This document shows, in pieces, positions 55,218 through 64,000 of a stretch of 64,000 bases of DNA; positions within the stretch are counted from its first letter, which is position 1; the number at the start of each line of letters is the position of its first letter. The translations under genes and the position numbers were made by a program. The stretch is from contig OZ245046.1 of assembly GCA_965224245.1 (NCBI GenBank), forward strand, positions 864,001 to 928,000, given 5' to 3'. Source of the DNA: Candidatus Eiseniibacteriota bacterium. Lineage in GTDB: Bacteria; Eisenbacteria; RBG-16-71-46; CAZAMP01. The notes under the pieces were generated by a model. The model was given only the letters and a program-made list of their open reading frames with translations, ran no database searches and had not been told where the DNA came from.

Positions 55218-55350
55218 AGGAAGCGAACCGGCTTCGGGCCAGGGCGAAAGCGGCCGTCACAGAGGCCAAGACGGCCTACCGGATCGCCCACGCGGCCTAC
55301 CGCGATGCGTGCCGCCGGGCCAGGGTGGGCTGCGAGTTCGCACGGGGGCG
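55218..55350 (+). pseudogene. Relic copy of the 29828-30280 gene
   Basis: CTTCGGGCCAGGGCGAAAGCGGCCGTCACAGA...CCTACCGGATCGCCCAC...CTGCGAGTTCGC shared with ~29916-30049. Confidence 0.8.
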
Positions 55351-55814
55351 ACCATCGTGGACGGTCAGCGTTGCGCGTTCGTAACCGTTGCCCGTCCACT
55401 CCCGGCCCTCTGCGCGCGACTCAGCGAGTGATGGGCAGTTCAGTGTCCACCGATTGCAGACCACATGGTCTCGATCGGTTTTCGGATGCTGGTGTGTCCA
55501 GCGAAGGTCGGCGCGTTCAGTGCGGGAACACTGCCCGGAGTTCCCGGAGTCGCCACTCTTGATCACCCGACGTACAATCTTCCGCCGACGGCACCGGCCG
55601 CGGATCTGGCCTCGATCCTCGTGATTGCTGTATGATCGGGCCCCAGCCACAACTTCCAGATACGCTTCGTGCTCGCCGCGATCTCCGGTCGCTCGCGTTC
55701 GTGGCGAAGCTCGGTCGTTGAGGTTTGACCCCCGTACCCCGGCGGCGTGATGCGCGGCCGCGATCCCATCGTGAGGTACGGCATCGAGACCACACGCCAA
55801 CCGGGAGGCGAGCC

Positions 55815-58520
55815 TTGCGCGATCACATCGAGAAGACACGTTCGGTCACACTCTCGGGCACATCGTCGTTCATGACCGGGCTCCTGATCCTGGCCGCGGC
55901 ACTCGTTCCGATCGCACCGTCGTTTGCCGATCCTCCACCTCAGATCGACGTCACAAACCCCGCCAACTCGTCGGATGTCATTCTCGACCGTCTGCCCGCA
56001 CATGCCGGAGCGGTCACGCATCGCGTAGAAGCCCCTCGGACGCTGCGGATCGACACGAGCACCGGTGTCTCGACCTGGGTATCGGACGACCCGAGCCTGG
56101 CGGACCGGCAGGACCCGGTGGGTCGGGGCGCCGCCACGCCGGTGTACGCCAACGACACGACCGAGCTGGCCGCGTATGTCATCCCCGGAGTGACGACGGG
56201 CGTCGTGTTCGGGGACTGGGTCAATCTGATCGAGCCGGGGAGGGTCGACGCGTGCCAGATAACCGTCTACAACGACCCCGGCTCCCCCGGGGCGCTCCTC
56301 ACGGCGACGGTGCGGGTGAGTTTCTACGATGCCAACGACTGGCCGACCTTTCCCGTGGGGTACCCGGCCACGCTGCTCGGCTCCTTCGACTACGACGTGG
56401 ACTTCGGAGCCGGCCTGTCGCCGTCGGCCACGACCATCGTTGCCCTTACCGATCTGGTCGCTTCGGGGACTGACATCTACTTGCCGACGAACATCGTGGT
56501 GGTGCAGCAGATCGTGTCGTTCACGGGCGACGTGACCGGCATCGGGATCGCGTTCTACGATCCTCCATCGATCGGCTACAGCGATGGCAGCAGCTGGTTC
56601 GTTGCGGCCGAAGGAATCGGCATCCCCTCGGGTCTCTACGGCGCCCTCTCGGGCCTGTATGGAAATCTCGGCTACCGCATCGGTCTGGAGCCGCCGGGGG
56701 GCGACGTGCTTCACGACCAGTCGGACTTCGTCGTCGGGGGCCCCGTCTTCACCGACTACTGGGGTCTCGCCAGTGGCATTCCCGGTCTCAGCGATGTCAC
56801 GGTTGACGGCGACGGCTGGAACATCGAACGCATCACCAGCTACTACGCGCTCGACCATCCCGAATGGGGTGGAAGCGTGACTGGGGGCTACGTCAGCGTG
56901 TTCCAGAAGACCGGCCCGCTGCCACTGTGGCCGGACCACAATCCCCATGACAGCCCGCTTGTCCCGATGTCCGCGTCGAACGCCGGTGACCACTGGGTCG
57001 TCACGGCCTCGGCACTGGACATCGACCTGGCACCGGGCGAGTACTGGATCGGCATCACGCCGATATCTGTCTATTCGCCCGACCGACGCCTGTCGTCCGG
57101 CACGTTTCTGGGCCATGCAACGGCGACGTGGCATGAGGGGTTCGGCACTCCCCCGTTCGGGGAGCCCCCGTACTGGTACAACGAACATCCAGGTGTGGAT
57201 GCGGCCATGCTGATCCGGGGCACCCGGCTGTGTACCTCGCCCCACATCGAAGTGGACACCACGTACTTCAACTTTGATCTGAACTTCAACGACGCGATCG
57301 CCTTCCAGCTCCCCATCAGCAACGAGAACGGCTGCTCGACACTGGACTACGAGGTCACCGGAAGCTGCCCGATAGGAACTGCGTCGGGATCGATCCCGGC
57401 CGGTGAGGTGGGTGGGCCGTGGCTCGTGATCGACCCGTTCGGGTATGCGCCGGGATCGTATACCTGCTGGCTTCAGGTGGACTCGAACGACCCGTACACC
57501 CCACTGGTCCTGGTCCAGGTCGACTTCACGCTCAACGGCACGATCTCCGATGCGGTCCCCGGGGTGCTGTACGCCACCCAGGGCACGGGCGGGATCAGCC
57601 AGTGGGTGGAGATCGATCCGCTCACCGGGGCCGGTACGGTCTCCGGATCGACGGGGCGTCTGCCGGACGATCTGACCGTCGACGGCGACGGTCGTCTCTG
57701 GGCCGCCTACACTGGCTACATCTACCGCGTCGACTCCGCAAGTGGCGCGATGGTCCGGCTCGGACTGACCGGCATGGAGACGCTCGCGAGCCACGAGGGC
57801 TTTCTCTACGGTCTCGACGTGGCCAACCAGGTGTGGCAGTTCAACCTCGACACCTACGAACAGCTCGGTCCGCTGGCGACCGTGACGCCCCACATGGACG
57901 GGTGTGCGATCGACCCGACCACTGGCATCATGTACCTGACGCCGTCCGGTGCGGGACCCGGCTCGGACACGCTCTACATGCTCGACCTTCCCGGACTCGG
58001 TGACGAAGCTGTGGCCGTGGGCCCGCTCGGGTACGGGGAGCCGATCGGCGACATCGCGTTCGACGGTCAGGGCAACCTGTTCGGCGTCATCGGTGGGGCG
58101 GGGCCGACGACGCTGGTCACGATCGACAAGACGACCGGGCTCGCCGACGACATCGGGGTGGTCGGTGTCGATCACCTGTCCGGGCTCGCGATGATCGGCA
58201 GCGGGCTTCTGAGCGCCCCGAGCGACGAGGTGTCGAGCCCGACGGCCGCCTCGTTCCGCGCGGCGTCGCCGAACCCGTTCCGCGGTGGCACGTCTCTGTC
58301 GTTCGGGTTGCCCGAGGCCGGACCCGTGAGGCTCGTCATCTTCGACGCGACCGGCCGCGAGGTACGGACCCTGGTCGATGGAACCTACCCTGCCGCCGCG
58401 CACCGCGTGGTCTGGGACGGCCGCGATCTGTCGGGGCGGACCGTGGCGCCCGGGATCTACTTCGCTCGGATCCGGGCAGGGGAGTACGAGTCGGTCCAGC
58501 GACTCACGCTGATTCGGTGA
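55815..58520 (+). CDS. Secreted multidomain protein with beta-propeller-like repeats and FlgD-Ig/T9SS-type CTD
   Basis: Signal peptide ending SFA, DP.TG/DIAFD repeats, PNPF...FDATGR...WDGRD..G..VAPGIYF. Start is TTG 55815 or ATG 55872. Confidence 0.82.
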   Translation: MRDHIEKTRSVTLSGTSSFMTGLLILAAALVPIAPSFADPPPQIDVTNPANSSDVILDRLPAHAGAVTHRVEAPRTLRIDTSTGVSTWVSDDPSLADRQDPVGRGAATPVYANDTTELAAYVIPGVTTGVVFGDWVNLIEPGRVDACQITVYNDPGSPGALLTATVRVSFYDANDWPTFPVGYPATLLGSFDYDVDFGAGLSPSATTIVALTDLVASGTDIYLPTNIVVVQQIVSFTGDVTGIGIAFYDPPSIGYSDGSSWFVAAEGIGIPSGLYGALSGLYGNLGYRIGLEPPGGDVLHDQSDFVVGGPVFTDYWGLASGIPGLSDVTVDGDGWNIERITSYYALDHPEWGGSVTGGYVSVFQKTGPLPLWPDHNPHDSPLVPMSASNAGDHWVVTASALDIDLAPGEYWIGITPISVYSPDRRLSSGTFLGHATATWHEGFGTPPFGEPPYWYNEHPGVDAAMLIRGTRLCTSPHIEVDTTYFNFDLNFNDAIAFQLPISNENGCSTLDYEVTGSCPIGTASGSIPAGEVGGPWLVIDPFGYAPGSYTCWLQVDSNDPYTPLVLVQVDFTLNGTISDAVPGVLYATQGTGGISQWVEIDPLTGAGTVSGSTGRLPDDLTVDGDGRLWAAYTGYIYRVDSASGAMVRLGLTGMETLASHEGFLYGLDVANQVWQFNLDTYEQLGPLATVTPHMDGCAIDPTTGIMYLTPSGAGPGSDTLYMLDLPGLGDEAVAVGPLGYGEPIGDIAFDGQGNLFGVIGGAGPTTLVTIDKTTGLADDIGVVGVDHLSGLAMIGSGLLSAPSDEVSSPTAASFRAASPNPFRGGTSLSFGLPEAGPVRLVIFDATGREVRTLVDGTYPAAAHRVVWDGRDLSGRTVAPGIYFARIRAGEYESVQRLTLIR

Positions 58521-58542
58521 GAAAGGCGACACGCAGCTAGAT

Positions 58543-58743
58543 GGGTTCGAGCCCCGCAGGGACATCCGGCTGGGGCTCGAAGACCTCTCCACCTCTCTGT
58601 TTGGAGCGGTGTTCGATTGGTCCCGGCAAACGACTTGAGAGGTAGGGGACTGTGGGCTCAATGCCCCGACCCAGCCTGACAGTTTGGCCCGCCTCGTTCG
58701 GGTCACCATGCCCTACCTCAACATGCTTTATTGCAATGAGTTA
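58543..58743 (+). repeat. Conserved junction element (att-like), full copy 3
   Basis: GGGTTCGAGCCCC...CCGGCTGGGGCTCGAA, ACCTCTCTGTTTGGA at 58591-58605, CGGGTCACCA at 58699-58708, 25-nt motif at 58719-58743. Confidence 0.82.
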
Positions 58744-59040
58744 TAGTCGCACATAGGGGGCGTAGCGCCAACCTCTGGGCTCACCTAGCGTATCTCGGCC
58801 TGCCAATCGGGTAGGATGTGCCTTTCGCCCAACGATCTCCATCGGGTGGGGTTGGGGGATCACGTTGCCCAGTCGGCCATATTGGGGCAAGGCACCGAAC
58901 CCGACACGACCTGCCCTTGGAGGCAAGGTCATCCGCTGCACCGTGGGGGAAACGGATCGCGCTCTGGTCCTTCGGCGTCTAGGCGGCTCGCCGTTGCGGG
59001 ATGACAAACCCATCCAGCTTGCACGAGGGGGCTGAGCGGC

Positions 59041-61956
59041 GTGGACGTACACGAGTTTCGGCGGGCTGAGGCCATCTTCCAGGTCATGGCTGACCTCCCG
59101 CGCGACCAGCGCGAGTCGGCCGTCGCCGAGGCGTGCGCCGGGGACACCCAGCTTCTCGCCCTGGTTCAGCGGCTGCTTGCCCATCACGAAGATGGTCTAA
59201 GCGAGTTCCTGATCCCGCCCGAGCTGCAACATCTCGATCCGCTCACCGACGATGTCCCGGCGCACGTCCGCATCGGTGCCTACGAGATCCTGCGCAAGAT
59301 CGGCGAGGGCGGCATGGGCACCGTCTACGAGGCCCGGCAGAGCAACCCCCGCCGAACCGTGGCACTGAAGGTGGCCCGAGGCGCAACCGTCGACCCCTCG
59401 CGGGTTCGGAGGTTTCGGTTCGAAACCCGGGTGTTGGCGGAGCTGAATCATCCGGGCATCGCGCGAGTCTACGAGGCCGGCGAGACCGACGACGGCATCC
59501 CGTACTTCGCCATGGAGATGGTGTCGGGGCTATCGCTCACCCACCATGCCGAAGAGCGCAAGCTCGACGTGGCCGAGCGCCTCGAGCTCATGACGAGGAT
59601 CTGTGATGCCGTCCATCATGCCCACGAGGCGGGTGTCATCCACCGGGACCTGAAACCTGCCAACATCCTCGTTTCCGAGGACGGAGGACGTGGCCCGCAA
59701 CCAAAGATTCTCGATTTCGGTGTGGCGCGCGCACTCCGCGCCGATCTGCAGACGGTTTCGATGTACACCTCGGCCGGACAGCTGGTCGGAACGCTCGCGT
59801 ACATGAGCCCCGAGCAGGTCTCCGGCAACTCCGAGAACCTCGATGCACGATCGGACGTTTACCAGCTCGGTGTGATCCTCTACGAGCTTCTGGCTGGGCG
59901 TCGGCCCTACTCGGTGACGGGCCTCGAGGTTCCCCGTGCTGCACGTGTGATCCTGGAGGAAGACCCTCCATCCCTCAGTGCCGCCGACACCGCGTACCGG
60001 GGGGACATCGAGGCCATCGTGGGCAAGGCGCTGTGCAAGGAGCCCGAGCGTCGGTACCCGACCGCAGCGGCCATGGCGGACGACATCCGTCGCCACCTCC
60101 GCAACGAGCCGATCATCGCGCGTCCCAGCAGCGGCCTGTACCGGCTCCGGAAGCTCGCGATGAGGAGGCGCGAGGCGATCGGCGGACTGGCCGTGGGGGT
60201 CGTGCTCGCGGCTACGATCATCCTGGCGCTGGTGATGCGGAACGGTGGGTCGGCGACCGATGGACCGATGTCGGTGCAGGAGACCCGGCTCACCGCGATG
60301 ACCCCGGAGTTCCTCGTCGCGATCGGCGCCGTGTCCCCCGACGGATCGAAGCTCGCCTGCATACGAAACGATGGGCTCGTGTTTCAGGACATCATCTCCG
60401 GCGAGAGTGCCCACGTCCTGCTTCCGGACGGGTTCGCCCGGTACCGCCAGACGCGCTGGCACCCCGTCGACCAGCGGTTCTTCACCCGGCTGACCGGAGA
60501 GCGCGGAAAGAAAGACTGGTACTTCGTGAACGCCGACGGAGAGATCGCGCGTGCCCTGCCCACCTCCGTCGCCGCCTCCATGGGGGATACCCCCAGGGAC
60601 GCGCGCCTCACGCCGGATGGCGAACGCTGGCTCTTCATGTCCTCGGATTACCGGAGCCTGTGGGTCATGGACGCGAACGGGACGACGCCGGAACGACTGA
60701 TCACACTCCCCGAGTCCGACTGGCTCGAGTCTCCGGTGTGGAGCCCGACCGGGGAGCGGATCGCGTTTCTGCGGTGCGACAGTGTCCGAGAGCGGTACAC
60801 CCTCCAGTCGATAGATCTCGAGGGCCGGTCCACGACAATCATCGGGCCTGATCCACGCCTCTTACAGCCGTACGCCGTCGGAGACCCGTGGGACTCGCTC
60901 TGCTGGCTTCCGGATGGGCGCCTGCTCTACTCGCGAGCGATGCCCACCCCGAACGAGCTGAGCTCGGAGCTTGCCTCGATCCACGTCGACCCCGGACGTG
61001 GCGAGCCCCGGGGCGAGGTCGAGGTCGTCGCCGGCTGGGTGGGCTCCGGCATCTTCGGACTGTCGGCGACGAGCGATGGCGGTGTCATCACCTGCGTTCG
61101 CAAGCAATCCCAGGATGACATCTTCCTCGTGGACCTCGACGAGGACGGGCACTTCCAGGGCGCCCCGAAGCGATTCACGCTCGACGAGCGCATCGATCGT
61201 CCCGGTGCCTGGGGACCGGATGGGACGAGCATGTACTTCGCCTCGAACCGGTTCGGGGTGTGGAACGTCCTGCACAAGCGGCTCGGTGAGCTGACGCCGA
61301 CGCGAATCGTGACCGATCTCGCGGACTGGCCACGCATCGTCGTCGCCCCCGGGGGGGAGGATCTTCTCGTCGTGGGGCGCCGTGTCCGTGACGGAGAGGA
61401 CGACGATCGCCTCTGCGTGCAGCGCGTACCGATCGCCGGCGGTGACCCGGAGGTGGTTGCCTGGCTGGGCGCTGACGATCGCCTCGCCTGCGATCCTGCG
61501 TCGGGCGGTCGATGCGTCATCTCCCGTCGATCGGCGTCCAGCGTCGCCTTCTTCGAACTCGATGGAGGGTGGAAGCCGGGCGTCGAGCTCGGACGCATCG
61601 ACGTCGGAAACGATTTCTACAACTGGGCGCTGTCGCCGGATGGGGGAGAGCTCGCGGTCGTCACCGGTCACATGACAACGCTACACGTGCTCGAGCTCTC
61701 GTCCGGCCGATGGCAGAGGATTCTCGAACGACGCAGACTGCAGCACGTCACCTACGCTACCGGGCAGAGCGGCTTCTACCTGACGAGCTACGACCCCAAA
61801 CAGCTCCTGCGGGTCTCGAGGGAAGGCGATGTCGAGCAGGTCATTGACGTCTATCCGTCTTGGCCGTTCGCACCGAGCGTGTCACCGGACGGGGCGGTCC
61901 TGGCGTGCGGCCTGCGTGAGCAGGGCCAAAACGTGTGGATGCTCGAAGGACTCTGA
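59041..61956 (+). CDS. Ser/Thr kinase with TM and TolB-like beta-propeller
   Basis: GEGGMGTVY, HRDLKPAN, DFGVAR, YMSPEQ, SPDG/WSP repeats. Confidence 0.9.
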   Translation: MDVHEFRRAEAIFQVMADLPRDQRESAVAEACAGDTQLLALVQRLLAHHEDGLSEFLIPPELQHLDPLTDDVPAHVRIGAYEILRKIGEGGMGTVYEARQSNPRRTVALKVARGATVDPSRVRRFRFETRVLAELNHPGIARVYEAGETDDGIPYFAMEMVSGLSLTHHAEERKLDVAERLELMTRICDAVHHAHEAGVIHRDLKPANILVSEDGGRGPQPKILDFGVARALRADLQTVSMYTSAGQLVGTLAYMSPEQVSGNSENLDARSDVYQLGVILYELLAGRRPYSVTGLEVPRAARVILEEDPPSLSAADTAYRGDIEAIVGKALCKEPERRYPTAAAMADDIRRHLRNEPIIARPSSGLYRLRKLAMRRREAIGGLAVGVVLAATIILALVMRNGGSATDGPMSVQETRLTAMTPEFLVAIGAVSPDGSKLACIRNDGLVFQDIISGESAHVLLPDGFARYRQTRWHPVDQRFFTRLTGERGKKDWYFVNADGEIARALPTSVAASMGDTPRDARLTPDGERWLFMSSDYRSLWVMDANGTTPERLITLPESDWLESPVWSPTGERIAFLRCDSVRERYTLQSIDLEGRSTTIIGPDPRLLQPYAVGDPWDSLCWLPDGRLLYSRAMPTPNELSSELASIHVDPGRGEPRGEVEVVAGWVGSGIFGLSATSDGGVITCVRKQSQDDIFLVDLDEDGHFQGAPKRFTLDERIDRPGAWGPDGTSMYFASNRFGVWNVLHKRLGELTPTRIVTDLADWPRIVVAPGGEDLLVVGRRVRDGEDDDRLCVQRVPIAGGDPEVVAWLGADDRLACDPASGGRCVISRRSASSVAFFELDGGWKPGVELGRIDVGNDFYNWALSPDGGELAVVTGHMTTLHVLELSSGRWQRILERRRLQHVTYATGQSGFYLTSYDPKQLLRVSREGDVEQVIDVYPSWPFAPSVSPDGAVLACGLREQGQNVWMLEGL

Positions 61957-61976
61957 CCGTCCGCCATGGAGGACCT

Positions 61977-62549
61977 TCAGTCGGCGCCGCGGAGCTCATC
62001 GAAGAGCACCACCCGAGCGAACCGCCAGTCGCGCTCCACGGTGGGAAGTGAGACACCCAGGACGTCGGCCGTCTCCTTCATCGTCAGACCCGCGAAGTAG
62101 CGGAGTTCGACGACGTCGGCCTTTCTCGGATCGTTCTCACGCAGCCGGTCGAGGCTCTCGGCGAGTGCCTCGATGTCCCCGGAAGGAGACTCCACGGAGA
62201 TGTCGATCTCGTTCACGTCGAGCCGGTGCTGATCGCCGCCCCGCTTCACGGCGGCCTTGCGCCGCGCCTGCTCGATGAGGATCCGGCGCATCGCCTTGGC
62301 GGCCGCGCCGAAGAAGTAGCGACGACTCTTCCAGTCGCGAACGTCGCTGGACACGAGGCGCAGATAGCCCTCGTGCACGAGGGCGGTTGGTTGGAGCGTG
62401 TTCCCGGGAGGAACGCGCACCATGAGCGAGCGAGCGAGGGCACGAAGCTCGTCGTAGACGGCGACGAGGAGGCGCTCGGAGGCCGTGGGGTCTCCGTCCT
62501 GGATGGACTTGACGATGCACGTGACGGTTCCGGGCGACGAGTCGTCCAC
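61977..62549 (-). CDS. ECF sigma factor, kinase-associated (TIGR02999-like)
   Basis: VYDELRALA, TLQPTALVHEGYLRL, VVELRYFAGLT, TVERDWRFAR. GTG start at 62549. Confidence 0.9.
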   Translation of the reverse strand: MDDSSPGTVTCIVKSIQDGDPTASERLLVAVYDELRALARSLMVRVPPGNTLQPTALVHEGYLRLVSSDVRDWKSRRYFFGAAAKAMRRILIEQARRKAAVKRGGDQHRLDVNEIDISVESPSGDIEALAESLDRLRENDPRKADVVELRYFAGLTMKETADVLGVSLPTVERDWRFARVVLFDELRGAD

Positions 62550-62722
62550 GCGATCCTCGATCGTTGGGGGTGTCCCTGGTGACGGCCCCGGCGGTTCGAA
62601 GTGTACCCTACCCCGGTGGGAAGCACGTATCGCCGCGCGGGTGGGATGCGTCGGGCGCCGTGGCAACCCGAACACACCCCACCCCGACGGCGTCGCGGAC
62701 CCACCACGGAGGCGCTGGCAGG

Positions 62723-64000
62723 TCATCGCTTGAGCGCGATCCTCCTGGACTCGGACTGGCCGGAAGCCTCGAGGCGGACGTAGTAGACGCCATTCACGAG
62801 CGGCTGTCCCCGACCGTCCGTCGCCAGGTTGCCATCGAACCGATGCGTGCCCGCATCGAGCTCGCGCTCGATCAGCGTGCGGATCTCCCGTCCCATCACG
62901 TCGAACACCGATACCCGCACGGTCGAGCGTTCGGAGAGCTCGACGGTGTAGGTGAACTCATCTGCCACCGGATTGGGCTGGATGGCGCCGAGCGTGACGG
63001 ACGCCGGCATGTTCGGAGTCGTCGGTGATCCGACGTCGATCAGCTCACCGAAGTGGCGCATCACGAACCCGTCCTTCCACTCGATGTCCGTGTGCTCGGC
63101 GAACTCCATGTCGTAGGCACCATCGGTGATCGGGAAGTCGGCCTGTGCCCCGCCGCCCAGGACCAGACGTCCGGCGGAATCCCGGAGCAGGCGATGGATG
63201 TAGTCCCGCCGGGAGCCTCCGATGTAGGTCGAGTACCGGAGATCGTCGGAACCGTTTCCTTCCGGGCGGATGCGGAAGAGCACACCTTCCTCGCGACCGT
63301 TGGGGGTAGTGTCGAAGGCGCCGGGCGTCGTGGGAAACCCGGTCGAGCTGCTGAACCCGGCGGCAATGATGTCACCGGAGGCGTCGAACATGAGGTCATA
63401 CACGGCCTCCCACAAGCCGCCGCCGATCAGGGTCGAATACAGGAGATCCGAGGCTCCACCCCCCTGAGGGGCGAGCAGGCATACGATCGCGTCGTCGTTT
63501 GCCATGAACGTGTCCTCGAACGCCCCCGGTGTCGTGGGGAAGGCGGCCGATCGTGTGAATCCTCCGACGGCGATCCGTCCCAGATCGTCGACGGTAACCG
63601 TCGTGAAGACGTCTCTTGACGAGCCTCCCATGAACGTGCTGTACAGAAGGTCCGAGCCCGTCGGATCCAGGCGACACACGACGGCGTCGTAGTCGCCGTT
63701 GTGCGTGACGTCGTAGGCCCCGGACGTCGTCGGGAAGTCGGCTGAGAACGTCATGCCACCCAGCACGAGGGCCCCGGTCGGATCGACTGCGATTGTCTGG
63801 TACCAGGGCTGAGCGTCCGGCGGGTCGGCGGGGTCGGCAAAGAGACCCTCGGCGCTGGAGCCCCCGAGGAGCGTCGACCAGACGAGGTCGGAGCCGTCGG
63901 CCTCGAGGTGTGTGATGAAGTAGTCCCGGCTGCCCCCGAGGGTCCGGTCGTAGGCCCCGTCCGTCGTGGGGTACGCAGACGATCCCGTGATGCCGACCAC
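62723..64000 (-). CDS. Secreted SBBP-type beta-propeller repeat protein with CTD (5' end outside window)
   Basis: FPTTPGAFD / LLYST.IGG repeats, PNP...FDVMGR...NGVYYVRL C-terminus. Confidence 0.85.
   Translation of the reverse strand: MVGITGSSAYPTTDGAYDRTLGGSRDYFITHLEADGSDLVWSTLLGGSSAEGLFADPADPPDAQPWYQTIAVDPTGALVLGGMTFSADFPTTSGAYDVTHNGDYDAVVCRLDPTGSDLLYSTFMGGSSRDVFTTVTVDDLGRIAVGGFTRSAAFPTTPGAFEDTFMANDDAIVCLLAPQGGGASDLLYSTLIGGGLWEAVYDLMFDASGDIIAAGFSSSTGFPTTPGAFDTTPNGREEGVLFRIRPEGNGSDDLRYSTYIGGSRRDYIHRLLRDSAGRLVLGGGAQADFPITDGAYDMEFAEHTDIEWKDGFVMRHFGELIDVGSPTTPNMPASVTLGAIQPNPVADEFTYTVELSERSTVRVSVFDVMGREIRTLIERELDAGTHRFDGNLATDGRGQPLVNGVYYVRLEASGQSESRRIALKR

Noticed and set aside
26178-58743. Classical integron attC sites or additional tRNA genes
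   Set aside because: No RYYYAAC/GTTRRRY-bounded attC structure or IntI was recognised. The repeats lack D and anticodon arms

Overview
High-GC bacterial DNA, probably from an FCB-group-like lineage. This is an inference from the many secreted proteins with FlgD-Ig/T9SS-type C-terminal domains (CTDs) and a PorV/FadL-like barrel. Positions 1-14.9 kb are core chromosome: tig-clpP-clpX-lon, a TPR membrane protein, purA, a PorV/FadL-like barrel, a Ser/Thr kinase and tRNA-Lys(UUU). Everything after the tRNA (14.9-64 kb) is an accessory region. It holds a DUF2924/large serine recombinase module, a truncated tyrosine recombinase, six IS copies with both ends present (IS3 x2, IS21, IS256 x2, IS66), several IS relics, two Ser/Thr kinase + ECF sigma pairs and six CTD-bearing secreted proteins (one a pseudogene, one partial). 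The main unexplained structure is a ~200-bp junction element present three times in full (34446, 49834, 58543) and once partially (26178). It consists of a hairpin made of tRNA-Lys T-arm sequence, an invariant ACCTCTCTGTTTGGA box, the tRNA 3'-terminal decamer CGGGTCACCA at near-fixed spacing, and a loosely conserved 25-nt motif also found just after the real tRNA. Each copy follows a + strand CTD gene. This suggests a tRNA-anchored tandem array of mostly integrase-less cassettes delivering secreted proteins and their regulators. All family assignments come from motif recognition by eye, not from database searches.
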